From contig JBIKLL010000007.1 in NCBI GenBank assembly GCA_044359815.1, forward strand, positions 1 to 64,000: a DNA stretch of 64,000 nucleotides, read 5' to 3'. This stretch comes from Pseudobdellovibrionaceae bacterium. Its GTDB lineage: Bacteria; Bdellovibrionota; Bdellovibrionia; Bdellovibrionales; Bdellovibrionaceae. Position numbers and translations under genes: made by a program. Of the stretch, positions 38,649-49,307 are shown one piece after another; the first letter of the stretch is position 1; every line of letters starts with the position of its first letter. The notes beneath the pieces are model-generated. The model did not search any database, was not told the origin of the DNA, and saw only the letters and a list, made by a program, of their open reading frames with translations.

Positions 38649-40256
38649 GTGAAAATTGCAGTCGCACAAATTAATTCGACGTTAGGAGATTTTTCTGCCA
38701 ATTCAGAAAAAATTCTGCAATTTATTGAAAGAGCCGAGGAATCATCAGTCGATTTAATCGTGTTTCCTGAGGCCGCTCTGTTTGGATATCATCCATTTGA
38801 TTTGCTGGAGCAGACTGCTTTAGTGAATGCTCAACTGAAAGAGCTCAAAAAAATTTCCACTAAAATGCCAAAAGGAATCGCTGCTGTTGTAGGCTGTTTT
38901 ACCTTTAATAAGTCCTCAAGAGGTCGGCCATTTTTTAATTCGGCTGCATTTTTAGAAAAAGGAAAACCTGCAAAATTATTCAATAAACAGCTTTTGCCCA
39001 CAGGCGATGTTTTTGATGAAGCGCGATTTATCGAGGCGGGAAACACTCAAAAAAATATATTGAGTTACAAAGGAAAAAAAATCCTGGTTACAATTTGCGA
39101 GGATATCTGGGCCTGGCCGCTTAAAGGGAAGCGGAATATTTATCATGAAAACCCTTTGGATCAGATAAAATCCAAGTTTGATTTAGTGATTAATCTGAGT
39201 GCTTCACCCTATTATCCAATGAAATATGAAACCCGCAAAAAACTGGTTGAGCTTACAGCCCAGAAATTTAAATCATCGGTTGTCTATGCCAATATGGTAG
39301 GAGCTCAGGACGAAATCATTTACGACGGTAAGAGCTTCGGTCTGGATAAATCAGGTAAAGAGATTTTTGTATGCGAGTCTTTTCAAGAGGATTTTAAATT
39401 TTTTGATTTGGATGATTCGGTAAAGCGCATACAAAATAAAAAATTGTCCACCACAGAAGAGCTTAGGCAGGCTTTGGTTTTAGGAATTCAGGATTTCTGC
39501 AGAAAAATCGGTATTCAGTCAGTGCATTTGGGAATCAGTGGGGGTGTTGACAGCGCCGTAGTTGCAGCATTGGCTGTGGACGCTTTGGGTGCTTACAATG
39601 TCAAAGGCATTTACATGCCGACTAAGTACAATTCACCTGTGAGCGAGCAGTTGGCTGAACAGTTGTGCAGAAATTTAAGGATTGATTATAAAAATCTAAA
39701 TATACAAGAAATTCTAAAACAAGTCAGTTCAGTGTTGGAGACGATCGTATCTGTTCAAGGCGTAACCGAGGAGAATCTGCAAGCCAGAATCCGTGGACTG
39801 CTGTTGATGGGATTTTCAAATTCGAAAAATTCATTACTGCTATCAACATCAAATAAATCAGAGATAGCTTGTGGATATGCCACACTTTACGGAGATATGT
39901 GCGGCGGATTAGCCCCAATTGGAGATCTGACTAAGCATCAAGTTTATGAATTAGCAAAACTGTATAATGGCCAACAAACAATTATACCCGAAGAGATTTT
40001 AACCCGCGAACCCACTGCAGAATTGCGTGACAATCAAAAAGATCAAGATTCATTACCACCTTATCCGATTCTTGATAAAGCCGTCGTTAATCTGGTTGAA
40101 AAATGCAAACCGATTACTGGAGAAACCGAAAAATGGCTGTTTAATATGATCAGCAAATCTGAATTTAAAAGATTTCAATCGGCACCGATTTTAAAGGTGT
40201 CTGAGCATTCATTTGGTCGGGGCAGAAGATACCCAATAGCTAAAAAATTAACTTAA
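38649..40256 (+). CDS. nadE: Glutamine-dependent NAD+ synthetase
   Basis: Nitrilase domain (FPE, K, ICEDIW) plus SGGVDS, ENLQARIRG, GYATLYGD. Confidence 0.93.
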   Translation: MKIAVAQINSTLGDFSANSEKILQFIERAEESSVDLIVFPEAALFGYHPFDLLEQTALVNAQLKELKKISTKMPKGIAAVVGCFTFNKSSRGRPFFNSAAFLEKGKPAKLFNKQLLPTGDVFDEARFIEAGNTQKNILSYKGKKILVTICEDIWAWPLKGKRNIYHENPLDQIKSKFDLVINLSASPYYPMKYETRKKLVELTAQKFKSSVVYANMVGAQDEIIYDGKSFGLDKSGKEIFVCESFQEDFKFFDLDDSVKRIQNKKLSTTEELRQALVLGIQDFCRKIGIQSVHLGISGGVDSAVVAALAVDALGAYNVKGIYMPTKYNSPVSEQLAEQLCRNLRIDYKNLNIQEILKQVSSVLETIVSVQGVTEENLQARIRGLLLMGFSNSKNSLLLSTSNKSEIACGYATLYGDMCGGLAPIGDLTKHQVYELAKLYNGQQTIIPEEILTREPTAELRDNQKDQDSLPPYPILDKAVVNLVEKCKPITGETEKWLFNMISKSEFKRFQSAPILKVSEHSFGRGRRYPIAKKLT

Positions 40257-40864
40257 AGAAAAAAATCCATTTGCTTAGGGTTTTTGTCAACCTTGGGAAA
40301 TCTCAGTTCGGGTTTACCTGTCAAAGCAATCAAATTTTCAATTGCTGGTGGCTTACCATTTACCGAAATTCTTTTGATCAAATTTAAAAATAATCTGCCA
40401 CAGTAAGTAGCGTCTTCCTCGGCCCTATGAAAATCTGTCGTTGGGATTTTTAAATGCTGAACCAATGTGCCCAGTTTGTAATTGGGTAGTCCTGGAAAAA
40501 CCTTTCTGGAGATTGCCAAGGTATCAATAATAGTTCCTTGAGGCGAATCAGATTCATGCTTTTTAATATCCGCTGATAAAAACTGAGCATCAAACGAAGC
40601 GTTGTGAGCTACGATAATATCAGTTCCACAAAACTCGGAAAAAGGATTCAAAACAGAATCTATAGTGGGTTTACCAGTAACCATATCATCAGTGATCTGG
40701 TTCACAGCAGAGGCTGCAGCAGGTATAGGTCTAAGTGGGTCAATCAAGGTACTGAATACAGCCTCAGGCTCACCATCTACAAATCTTACAGCACCCAGTT
40801 CAATAATCTGATCCACACCGGGAACTGTGCCGGTGGTCTCTACGTCAAAAGCAATAAATCTCAT
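40253..40864 (-). CDS. DEDDh 3'-5' exonuclease (DnaQ-like)
   Basis: FDVETTG, AHNASFD, HRAEEDA; start at the ATG at 40864. Confidence 0.9.
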   Translation of the reverse strand: MRFIAFDVETTGTVPGVDQIIELGAVRFVDGEPEAVFSTLIDPLRPIPAAASAVNQITDDMVTGKPTIDSVLNPFSEFCGTDIIVAHNASFDAQFLSADIKKHESDSPQGTIIDTLAISRKVFPGLPNYKLGTLVQHLKIPTTDFHRAEEDATYCGRLFLNLIKRISVNGKPPAIENLIALTGKPELRFPKVDKNPKQMDFFL

Positions 40865-40918
40865 ATGAAAATTGATACAAAAGACATACCATAGTTTCAA
40901 GTACGGAGTGATGTTTGC

Positions 40919-41230
40919 TTGAAAAAATCTAATCAGCTTACCTTTACCATCAATCAGGTCACACTCAGGGCGACTCATGGCGAAACTATATTGGAAGCCT
41001 GCCTGAGGAATCATTTTGACATTGATCACAGTTGTGGAGGGATGGGCACCTGCGGAACTTGCAGAGTTGTTGTAGAAAAAGGCCTAGAGCTGTTCGAAGC
41101 TCCTGAGGAAATAGAACAGGAGATCATTCGCGATCGGCAGTTTCAACAGAATGAAAGGCTATCTTGTCAAAACAAAGTCAAAAATGATTTGGTCTTAAAA
41201 ACTGCTAAGGCGACACCCAAAAAGGGTTAG
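40919..41230 (+). CDS. 2Fe-2S ferredoxin
   Basis: CGGMGTCGTC...RLSCQ. Confidence 0.88.
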   Translation: MKKSNQLTFTINQVTLRATHGETILEACLRNHFDIDHSCGGMGTCGTCRVVVEKGLELFEAPEEIEQEIIRDRQFQQNERLSCQNKVKNDLVLKTAKATPKKG

Positions 41231-42416
41231 TATAAATCCAAGTGATCCATTTTTTGCCATCCGGAAATGGTAACGCAGGGCTGACCCGGACAGTTACACG
41301 GTATACTCCTGGTTCAGTGATTTGATATTCAAGCTCAGGTTTGTTTGTTAAAAAAACATTCTCACCATTTTTAAATACGACTATTTCAAAAAAAGCTTTG
41401 GGGACCACCGCCAATTTTGCTTTAAGAGAAAGCTTTTTCTGAAACTTCAACGATGTTCCCATCAGATATTTTTCACCCTTTTGATTTTCCAGGTAAGAAA
41501 CAAATCCCTTGGGATCACCCAGCAAATCCAAACTGATAAAAAAGTTCCCGGCTTTCATCGCTGTCACCAGTTTTTGTCTGTCCTTCTGAAAGTTTCCCGT
41601 AAGCTCGCTGGTCAGCAACACATGATTTGAGGCAATCGCAAGGCTCTTTTGATAAGAGGGAAATTTGACTAAAAAGTTTGAAAATGGAATGGCTCTGGCT
41701 GTTGCGTCCGCTCCCGCAAAGGCTAAAACCCTGCGCTGCTGAGATATGGTATCCAGCAACGCCAATTCGTCACGAGGTTCTACAATCATTCTTAGGAATG
41801 AAACCCTGGAGTTAAAGGGATAGGCAAACAATGTCCAAATGATATTAAGTTTTGATTTTTGCCACGATCTTTGACTGATGGCCTTGGGATTAATGACTTC
41901 GAGGCCATCAAAGCCGGTTGGGAAGGGACCTGTCCAGGTTAAATCACGATTAAACGGATGGGACAGAATTAACAATGAGTTTGGATTGTCAGTTGAATTT
42001 TGAGACAGCAAATCTGTTAATTTAACTGAAGACTCTGAGCCAGAGGTAAAATTTAAATCCGAATTTGTGGTCAGAGTTAAAATCCTGGAATCTAAAAATG
42101 AATATTCGTTTTCAAACATCACCAGAGTGTTGTCATAGTAATTAGAAATAGGTCTGGCGGATTCAAACTGATTGTTATCAGTAAAAACCACAAAATCGGC
42201 ACCCACACTGCTGGCCGCCGAAATAATTTGCTGAGGAGGCTCTGATCCCGTACTGCGATCAGAATGAACGTTAATGATACCCTTGTAATCGTAGTATCCT
42301 GCTGGATTTTCGGGTTCAACGGTTGAAGGTATTACTAACAGATTTGATTGGCTCAAATAGATGCCGTAGACAAAATAAAGTGAAATAAAAATGGTAAGGT
42401 AAATTAGAATCTTCAT
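41205..42416 (-). CDS. Membrane-anchored PHP-like metallohydrolase domain protein
   Basis: N-terminal TM segment, G..NVHS..S.G, FTD.N, SHP, GLEV, W..TNPFW. Confidence 0.65.
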   Translation of the reverse strand: MKILIYLTIFISLYFVYGIYLSQSNLLVIPSTVEPENPAGYYDYKGIINVHSDRSTGSEPPQQIISAASSVGADFVVFTDNNQFESARPISNYYDNTLVMFENEYSFLDSRILTLTTNSDLNFTSGSESSVKLTDLLSQNSTDNPNSLLILSHPFNRDLTWTGPFPTGFDGLEVINPKAISQRSWQKSKLNIIWTLFAYPFNSRVSFLRMIVEPRDELALLDTISQQRRVLAFAGADATARAIPFSNFLVKFPSYQKSLAIASNHVLLTSELTGNFQKDRQKLVTAMKAGNFFISLDLLGDPKGFVSYLENQKGEKYLMGTSLKFQKKLSLKAKLAVVPKAFFEIVVFKNGENVFLTNKPELEYQITEPGVYRVTVRVSPALPFPDGKKWITWIYTNPFWVSP

Positions 42417-43741
42417 TTACGTTCAAGTTTCAATAACTCAAAATGCTCATTTATAATTTGCTCAGTGGTGACAGTGTATTCATCTGCTGCCCAGTACGGT
42501 AAATTCACATGTGGTTCTTTGACGACATAAAAAACAGGGCTCACGGGTTTTGATTCTTCCAGAAAGTCATAGTGATCTCGGCGGCTGATATCCTTAAGCT
42601 TGTATGTCGGAAGTTTTGAATAGAACCACAAATAAGACGCAATTTGGTAATTGCCGCCATACAGATTTGTGTATTTTTGTCTGAGTTCTATCAATGGCTG
42701 ATAATAAAAAACTTCGTTGTATTTCGTTTTTGCATTTTTATTAAATGGCATTGCGACGTTAAGAAGTAAAACAGCAAACAGTGTGGACCAAACGGCAGAA
42801 TAAACTAAAATCCATTTTTTACTTTTTTCCTGCAAAACAGTTAAAAGCATCAATCCTGGATAGGCTACAATCGGCCAATTCATTTCAACATTTCCCTTAA
42901 GTGAAGAAATCAGAAAAAATCCCATCACCGTCCAAGAAATAGTCCAAATGAATCTGAGATTGAATTGTTTGGGCCTAATTCCAGCAAAATAAACTATCAA
43001 GGGTGTCAGTAAAACCAGTTGGCCTCCGATGTATCTTACGATAGCCATAAAATCCCAATCCGAGTCTGCAAAACCATGGCGCAATTGAAATCTGAACGAA
43101 ATAAAATTGTTATCTAAATTCCAATACAAAACAGGAATAGATGCGATGGCAAAACCCAGAAAGGCAATGGGCAAGTGTCTTAAAAAAATCTTGTCTAATC
43201 GTTTTTCCATCGCCATAAAAATCAGTGTGCCGAGCACAAATAAAACCATGTTGTATTTACTGAGAAACCCCAGGCCTACTAAAATACCCATGAAAAAAGC
43301 GCTAGAAGGTGTCTGGTTTTTAAAGTATTTAAGCGCAAAATACGTAGCCCAGCTCCAGAAAAATATCAGCGGAAGATCTGGAGTGACTATGAAAGAACCA
43401 AAACCAATTAATGGAGACAGCAAAGCGAACCACAAAAACGAATTGATTTTGGAAATCTGTTTGTTTTCAAATAAAATCAAGATCCACGGTATCAAGGCCA
43501 GATGGCAAAAAACCACGGCCGGAAATCGGACCAGGTGATTGTCCCAATGAAAAATTTTGCTGATATCCAGTAGCCAAGCGATCAACGGAGGATGGTCAAA
43601 GTAACTCCACTGGGGTGTTTGAGTCCAAACCCAGTAGTAAGCCTCATCCGCTGTAAAAGGAATCCACCAGGCCAACAGCAATTTTGCTACCAAAGAAAAA
43701 ATCAGAATTTTTAAAATTGAAAATAAAATTTCTTTTTTCAA
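42413..43741 (-). CDS. GT-C fold glycosyltransferase (ArnT/PMT-like)
   Basis: DEAYYW, YFDHPP, TPDLP, LSKY; polytopic membrane protein. Confidence 0.85.
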   Translation of the reverse strand: MKKEILFSILKILIFSLVAKLLLAWWIPFTADEAYYWVWTQTPQWSYFDHPPLIAWLLDISKIFHWDNHLVRFPAVVFCHLALIPWILILFENKQISKINSFLWFALLSPLIGFGSFIVTPDLPLIFFWSWATYFALKYFKNQTPSSAFFMGILVGLGFLSKYNMVLFVLGTLIFMAMEKRLDKIFLRHLPIAFLGFAIASIPVLYWNLDNNFISFRFQLRHGFADSDWDFMAIVRYIGGQLVLLTPLIVYFAGIRPKQFNLRFIWTISWTVMGFFLISSLKGNVEMNWPIVAYPGLMLLTVLQEKSKKWILVYSAVWSTLFAVLLLNVAMPFNKNAKTKYNEVFYYQPLIELRQKYTNLYGGNYQIASYLWFYSKLPTYKLKDISRRDHYDFLEESKPVSPVFYVVKEPHVNLPYWAADEYTVTTEQIINEHFELLKLERK

Positions 43742-44943
43742 GGTACCTTAGTCTTGAAGCTTTCCCCGATTCTACCAGGTACGCCTCGCTCTTTGCCGTT
43801 AACAATTAAATTCACCGCTCCACCATTGGAAATATCCAGATAAATAAGACCTTTTGATCTGAGAGTGTGAACTTGATCTGCATTCAGCTCAACCTGCTGC
43901 CAAGTTTTTTCATCAGCTGAGAACTTAACCACGACCTTGTCGTAGGCTTCCAAAATAATTTCATTTTGATTAACCTTAACTGTCGTTGTGGTGCTGGAAG
44001 TGGTTACAGTAGGATCTGCGACAGCCGCTGCCTTAACTGTGGTTGTAGTGGTCGAATTACTAGTCGTAGTTGTCGTGGGCTTTGGCTTTTGAGTGGTAGA
44101 CGTTGTAGTTGTTGTTGGGGCAGCAGTCGTCGTTGTGGGTTTTGGCTTTTGTGTTGTTGTCGTGGAAGTCGTTGTGGTTGTTGGTTTGACTGTGGTCGTA
44201 GTCGTAGCGACAGTGGTTGTCGTGGGCTTAGGCTTCACCGTAGTAGTAGTCGCAGTGTCGACAGGTTTTAAAGTTGTGGTGCTGGCAGGAACCGTTGAAG
44301 TTGTAGCCAAAAACAAAACACCCCTGGCAGTTGGAGCACTGGTTGTGGTGGTTGAAGAATTTGAATCTGCTTCAACCTTGGTATCTGTCTTTTCGGCAAT
44401 TGTAGCTTCTGCAGAAGAAGTTTGCGTACTGGTTGTTTCCGTAGAATCTGCTGTTCCCTCTGGTTTGGTAGCATCTTCTTGGATGGGGTGACCCGTCGTG
44501 TAGGGCTTTACCTGGGTTTCCTTCTGATATTTTTCCAATGTAACTGCAGCTACAATAATTAAAACACTGAGAATCAAAATCGAAATTATTGGATAGACAT
44601 ATTTTTTAATATCAAAAGTGGGGCCTATGCTAGGAGCAGCTGTGGGCTTGGGCTCAGCAGGCTGTACAGGGTTTGCAACTGGAGTGTCTAAATTCATTGG
44701 AGCAACTGCGGGAGCTGTTTCCTCGTTAAACAATTTCAAAATATGATCGACATCAATTCTTAAATACTGTGCGTAGCTTCTGACGAATCCGCGCAAAAAA
44801 GTTCTGGCCGGAAGTGAATCCAGATCGCCTTCCTCAATACCAGCTAACATTTTAGGATTGATCTTAAGGGCCATACCAATTTCCTGCAAGGTCAGCCCGC
44901 GCTTTTCCCGTTCCTTTCTTAAAATCTCTCCAACTTTTTTCAT
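43738..44943 (-). CDS. rodZ: RodZ-like protein (HTH-TM-C domain) with a long Thr/Pro/Lys-rich linker
   Basis: VGEILRKERE, RGFVRSYAQYL, single TM, NGGAVNLIVNG C domain. Confidence 0.8.
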   Translation of the reverse strand: MKKVGEILRKEREKRGLTLQEIGMALKINPKMLAGIEEGDLDSLPARTFLRGFVRSYAQYLRIDVDHILKLFNEETAPAVAPMNLDTPVANPVQPAEPKPTAAPSIGPTFDIKKYVYPIISILILSVLIIVAAVTLEKYQKETQVKPYTTGHPIQEDATKPEGTADSTETTSTQTSSAEATIAEKTDTKVEADSNSSTTTTSAPTARGVLFLATTSTVPASTTTLKPVDTATTTTVKPKPTTTTVATTTTTVKPTTTTTSTTTTQKPKPTTTTAAPTTTTTSTTQKPKPTTTTTSNSTTTTTVKAAAVADPTVTTSSTTTTVKVNQNEIILEAYDKVVVKFSADEKTWQQVELNADQVHTLRSKGLIYLDISNGGAVNLIVNGKERGVPGRIGESFKTKVP

Positions 44944-44944
44944 A

Positions 44945-45688
44945 TTACTTCCTTATAATTTCCAACATTGATTTGGCTTTCGCGCTGTACTTACCATTGG
45001 GGTATAAATTTATAATTTCTTCTAGCCGTGCCTCGGCCTTAGATTTTTGACCGACTTGATAATAAGACAAGGCTCCATAATAATTAGGCTCATCGTATTG
45101 GCTCTTCATGCAAAAACCAGCGGCCTTATCCAATTGTGCAGCAGCCTTTTCATAAATTTTTTGTTCATAAAAAATTCGTCCCAAAAAATTCTGAGCCAAA
45201 CAATTGTCACGCTGATATTGTATTGATTTTTGTAAAGACACTGTTGCTGCCGAATAATTGCCAACAGCAAAAAAAGCCATCCCTAAATTGAGCAGAGGTT
45301 TTTCTGGATAGGGATAGGTTAAATCAGCAGTGGCTTGTTGTAAAATGTCGATAGCTTCTTTTGATTTATCCAAATCAATTAAGACTCGGCCTAAATTGTT
45401 TTTCGCATCTGTGTAGTCAGCTTTTAAAGATAACGCTTTCTTTAAATGATTCTCTGCTAAATCAGGTCGACCCCTAAAATAATAAGCCAATCCCAAATTG
45501 TTCTGTATCACCGCATCTGAAGAATCTAATTTTTCTGCGATCAAAAGTTCGTTAAGAGCTTGGGGATAGTTACCACTATTCATGTACGATGTGCCCAGGC
45601 GCAGATGCAGCTGTGCGGCCTCATTATCCTGAGTCATCAAAGAGCTACAGCCCGTTAAAAACACTAATGAAATTAAAATTTTCCCCAT
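44945..45688 (-). CDS. TPR lipoprotein, PilF/PilW/Tgl-like
   Basis: Lipobox LTGC, TPR repeats, DLTYPYPE; sits between an RNA methyltransferase and rodZ. Confidence 0.75.
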   Translation of the reverse strand: MGKILISLVFLTGCSSLMTQDNEAAQLHLRLGTSYMNSGNYPQALNELLIAEKLDSSDAVIQNNLGLAYYFRGRPDLAENHLKKALSLKADYTDAKNNLGRVLIDLDKSKEAIDILQQATADLTYPYPEKPLLNLGMAFFAVGNYSAATVSLQKSIQYQRDNCLAQNFLGRIFYEQKIYEKAAAQLDKAAGFCMKSQYDEPNYYGALSYYQVGQKSKAEARLEEIINLYPNGKYSAKAKSMLEIIRK

Positions 45689-45698
45689 CCTAATAAGG

Positions 45699-46820
45699 CT
45701 AAGACTGCCTGGGATTGAAGTCAACTTGGATCTCGGCCACAGTTTCTATATGAGAGGTCTGCGGAAACATATCAAATCCCTGCAGACTGTTAATTTTAAA
45801 AGCCAAGCCCAAAGACTTCAAAAAGTCCAAATCCCTTGTCAGTGTTGACAGGTTGCAACTGATATAAATTATTTTTTTGCAGCCTGAAATTGCCAGGTGG
45901 TGCAAAAACTCTTTTTCGCAACCGCCTCGTGGTGGATCAAGCAAAATGGCATCAGACTCGTTAATCTGAAGATTTTTGATTACAGCTTCACATTTACCAT
46001 TCAAAAATCTGATTTTTTTTGGACTCAAGCCTTTCTCGATGGCGACTTTTTGTGCTCTGGCTACTGATGCTGAACTGAGCTCTACGCCAATTACCGAAAC
46101 ATTTTTTATCGATTCCAATATCGGAAATGTGAAATTTCCAGAGCCACAGTAAAAATCAAACACTGTTTTTGGTTTTGAATTCATTTTGTCAAACAAGCCA
46201 ATAACGTAATCGATGAGTCTTTGGTTTAAACTGGAATTCACTTGAAAAAATTCAGGTATGTCCTGCTGGTCAATATTAAACACGCCTTCGGCAGAAACTA
46301 AATAGTCGCCATCTGGTTTTGAATCCAGCTCATTCATTCTAAGATTTACTGCTTCTTCAGCAATGGGACAGGTTTTTATGGTCACCAAATCGTGCGAACC
46401 CCTTTTATAATACCCAATCAAGCCGTTTCGTTTTTTGATAACAACTCTGTTTCGATAATTAAACTCTGAATTGCTGCTGATAATGGGTTCCACACAGGAA
46501 TCTGCGTTCAAAAATTTTGCCAGATTTTCGGTAAGAAAGCTTTGTTTGAATTGCAATTGCTCTGGGTACGGAATGTGTTGCCAGTCACAACCCCCACATT
46601 GGCCAAAGACTTCACACCGGGGTTTAATTCTGCTTTTGCTGGTCTCGTGCAGTTGATCAACCTTTGCAAAGGCAAAGTTTTTCTTTTGCTCAATGACTGA
46701 AGCCTCAACTGTTTCTCCGGGTAAAACAAAAGGTACAAAATGGACAAATCCATTTTCTCGTGACAGCCCGTACCCTGTGGGCACGAGCTTTTCAATTTTC
46801 AGAATTTTTTTTGAATTCAA
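45699..46820 (-). CDS. 23S rRNA m5U methyltransferase (RlmD/TrmA family)
   Basis: TRAM domain, C.VFGQCGGC, FFQVN, DFYCGSG, DPPR.G, YISCN, DMFPQT.HIE. Confidence 0.9.
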   Translation of the reverse strand: MNSKKILKIEKLVPTGYGLSRENGFVHFVPFVLPGETVEASVIEQKKNFAFAKVDQLHETSKSRIKPRCEVFGQCGGCDWQHIPYPEQLQFKQSFLTENLAKFLNADSCVEPIISSNSEFNYRNRVVIKKRNGLIGYYKRGSHDLVTIKTCPIAEEAVNLRMNELDSKPDGDYLVSAEGVFNIDQQDIPEFFQVNSSLNQRLIDYVIGLFDKMNSKPKTVFDFYCGSGNFTFPILESIKNVSVIGVELSSASVARAQKVAIEKGLSPKKIRFLNGKCEAVIKNLQINESDAILLDPPRGGCEKEFLHHLAISGCKKIIYISCNLSTLTRDLDFLKSLGLAFKINSLQGFDMFPQTSHIETVAEIQVDFNPRQS

Positions 46821-47249
46821 TTAAGATAAATTGCAGATTTCAGATTTTTCAAAAAACAAAGCTAATTCACGGTCAGCACTGGCAACACTGTCGCTGCCAT
46901 GTACTGCATTTTCACCCAAGCTATCAGCAAATTTAAATCGAACTGTCCAAGGAGCAGCCTTTTTAGGATCAGTGGCTCCCATAATTTCACGATTTTTCAA
47001 AACTGCATTTTCACCATACAGACACATGACCATCACTGGTGTTGAGGTCATAAATGAAACCAGTTCGCCAAAAAATGGTCGGGCTTTGTGTTCAGCGTAA
47101 AACTCTTCTGCCTTTGATTTAGAAATCTGCATAATTTTAGCGCCAGCAATCTTGAGTCCATTTGATTCGAACATGCTGATGATGTCACCAACTGCATTTT
47201 TCTTCATTGCGTTTGGCTTGATAATCGAAAAAGTTTTTTCCATTGCCAT
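46821..47249 (-). CDS. ndk: Nucleoside diphosphate kinase
   Basis: [24 protein letters not shown]. Confidence 0.97.
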   Translation of the reverse strand: MAMEKTFSIIKPNAMKKNAVGDIISMFESNGLKIAGAKIMQISKSKAEEFYAEHKARPFFGELVSFMTSTPVMVMCLYGENAVLKNREIMGATDPKKAAPWTVRFKFADSLGENAVHGSDSVASADRELALFFEKSEICNLS

Positions 47250-47258
47250 AAATTTCTC

Positions 47259-48128
47259 CTATTTAAGTAAACTCTTTAATGTTTTACCTAGATCTGCCGG
47301 AGATCGAGCAATTTTGCAACCTGCAGCTTCAAGAGCCTGAAATTTTGCCTCTGCTGTTCCTTTGCCACCGCTGATGATTGCGCCGGCGTGCCCCATTCGC
47401 TTGCCCTTTGGAGCGCTGGCCCCAGCAATAAATGCAGCAACAGGTTTTTTAAATTCTTTTTTAATATATTCTGCGGCTTCTTCTTCGGCAGTTCCGCCAA
47501 TTTCACCGATCATAATCACAGCTTCAGTGTTAGGGTCTGCATTGAACAATTTCAGAACATCAATAAAATTAGTGCCGTTAACGGGATCGCCACCAATACC
47601 CACACAGGTGCTTTGACCTAGTCCAATTTGGGTCAACTGATGAACAGCTTCATAGGTCAGTGTTCCAGATCTGGAAAGCACTCCAATCTTTCCAGGTTTG
47701 TGAATGTGCCCTGGCATAATTCCTATTTTACATTCGCCTGGCGTGATCACACCGGGACAGTTTGGACCAACTAATCGGGTCCTGCGACCCTGCATAAATC
47801 GTTTAACCTTAACCATGTCCAAAACAGGAATGCCTTCGGTGATACAAATAACCAAATCCAAATCCGCATCCACTGCTTCCATAATTGAATCAGCTGCAAA
47901 GGGTGGTGGAACAAAAATCATCGATACGTTACATCCCGTGGCTTTTTTGGCTTCGTGGACAGTATTGAAGACGGGTAAATTGATGTGTTTGGTGCCGCCC
48001 TTGCCTGGAGTCACTCCACCAACCATTTTGGTTCCGTAGGCCAAGCTTTGCTCAGAATGAAATGTCCCCTGAGAGCCCGTAATACCTTGGCAAATCACTT
48101 TTGTGTCTTTGTTAATTAAAATAGCCAT
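47259..48128 (-). CDS. sucD: Succinyl-CoA ligase alpha subunit
   Basis: [22 protein letters not shown]. Confidence 0.98.
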   Translation of the reverse strand: MAILINKDTKVICQGITGSQGTFHSEQSLAYGTKMVGGVTPGKGGTKHINLPVFNTVHEAKKATGCNVSMIFVPPPFAADSIMEAVDADLDLVICITEGIPVLDMVKVKRFMQGRRTRLVGPNCPGVITPGECKIGIMPGHIHKPGKIGVLSRSGTLTYEAVHQLTQIGLGQSTCVGIGGDPVNGTNFIDVLKLFNADPNTEAVIMIGEIGGTAEEEAAEYIKKEFKKPVAAFIAGASAPKGKRMGHAGAIISGGKGTAEAKFQALEAAGCKIARSPADLGKTLKSLLK

Positions 48129-48131
48129 TGA

Positions 48132-49295
48132 TTATCCCTTCACCGCTGCAACAATTTTTTTAGCAGAATCAGCCAAATCGTCAGCTGGAGTAATATTAAG
48201 CCCGCTTTCTTTGAGCATTTTTTTACCAAGCTCTACGTTAGTGCCTTCAAGCCTGACGACCAAAGGAACCTTAAGTCCCAATTCCTTTGAAGCTGAAATC
48301 ACTCCGTCTGCGATGATGTCGCATTTCATGATGCCACCAAAAATATTTACTAAAATTCCCCTTACGTTTGGATCCCGCAAAATAATTTTAAAGGCAGCTG
48401 TAACACGCTCTTTTGTAGCGCCCCCACCGACATCCAGAAAATTTGCAGGGCTACCACCATGCAGTTTAATAATATCCAATGTCGCCATAGCCAAACCGGC
48501 TCCATTAACCAAGCAGCCAATGTTTCCATCCAGTTTGATAAAGGCCAGATCATGTTCACTGGCTTCCAGTTCAGTTGGATCTTCTTCGGTGATATCACGA
48601 TAAGCCAGGACGTCTTTTTGTCTGTACAAAGAATTAGAATCGAAATTCATCTTAGCATCTAGCGCGATCAGATCGCCTTCTTTTGTCAAAACCAGAGGGT
48701 TGATTTCAGCGATAGAACAATCTTTATCAATAAATGCTTTATACAAACCAACAAAAAACGAAGTTGCTTTGTTAATTAGTTCTGCAGGAATTCCCAAAGC
48801 AAATGCCAATTGACGAGCTTGAAACGGAGCCAGACCAGTCACGGGATCAATATCAACTTTTTTAATGGCATCTGGATTTTTTTCGGCCACGATCTCGATG
48901 TCCATGCCACCTTCGCGTGAAGCCAACATAGCTGTTCTGCCAGTGGCCCTATCAATCAAGCATGCAACGTAAAATTCTTTTTCGATATTGCAACCTTGTT
49001 CGATGTAAACCTTGTGAACCTTTTTGCCTTCTGGCCCTGTTTGATGAGTCACCAAGTTCATACCGATAATCTGACTGGATAGGCTTTTTACATCATCTAA
49101 TGATTTAGCTACTTTCACGCCTCCGCCTTTGCCTCGGCCGCCAGCATGAATTTGTGCTTTCACGACCCAAAGGCTTCCGCCAATGTCCTTAGCGGCGGCC
49201 AGAGCCTCGTCAGCATTGTGAGCCACTTTGCCTTTCAACACTGTGACTCCGTATTTTTTTAGAATCTCTTTAGCTTGGTACTCATGTATGTTCAT
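48132..49295 (-). CDS. sucC: Succinyl-CoA ligase beta subunit
   Basis: [29 protein letters not shown]. Confidence 0.98.
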   Translation of the reverse strand: MNIHEYQAKEILKKYGVTVLKGKVAHNADEALAAAKDIGGSLWVVKAQIHAGGRGKGGGVKVAKSLDDVKSLSSQIIGMNLVTHQTGPEGKKVHKVYIEQGCNIEKEFYVACLIDRATGRTAMLASREGGMDIEIVAEKNPDAIKKVDIDPVTGLAPFQARQLAFALGIPAELINKATSFFVGLYKAFIDKDCSIAEINPLVLTKEGDLIALDAKMNFDSNSLYRQKDVLAYRDITEEDPTELEASEHDLAFIKLDGNIGCLVNGAGLAMATLDIIKLHGGSPANFLDVGGGATKERVTAAFKIILRDPNVRGILVNIFGGIMKCDIIADGVISASKELGLKVPLVVRLEGTNVELGKKMLKESGLNITPADDLADSAKKIVAAVKG

Positions 49296-49307
49296 CTGTT
49301 TTCACCT

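Noticed and set aside
40865..41029. N-terminal extension of the exonuclease ORF (and similar extensions on the subtilase, asnS, rng and DksA ORFs)
   Set aside because: Family homology and SD positions support downstream ATGs; this extension would also overlap the ferredoxin gene.
43966..44491. Val-rich and Cys/Arg-rich + strand ORFs
   Set aside because: They are antisense shadows of the Thr-rich RodZ linker.
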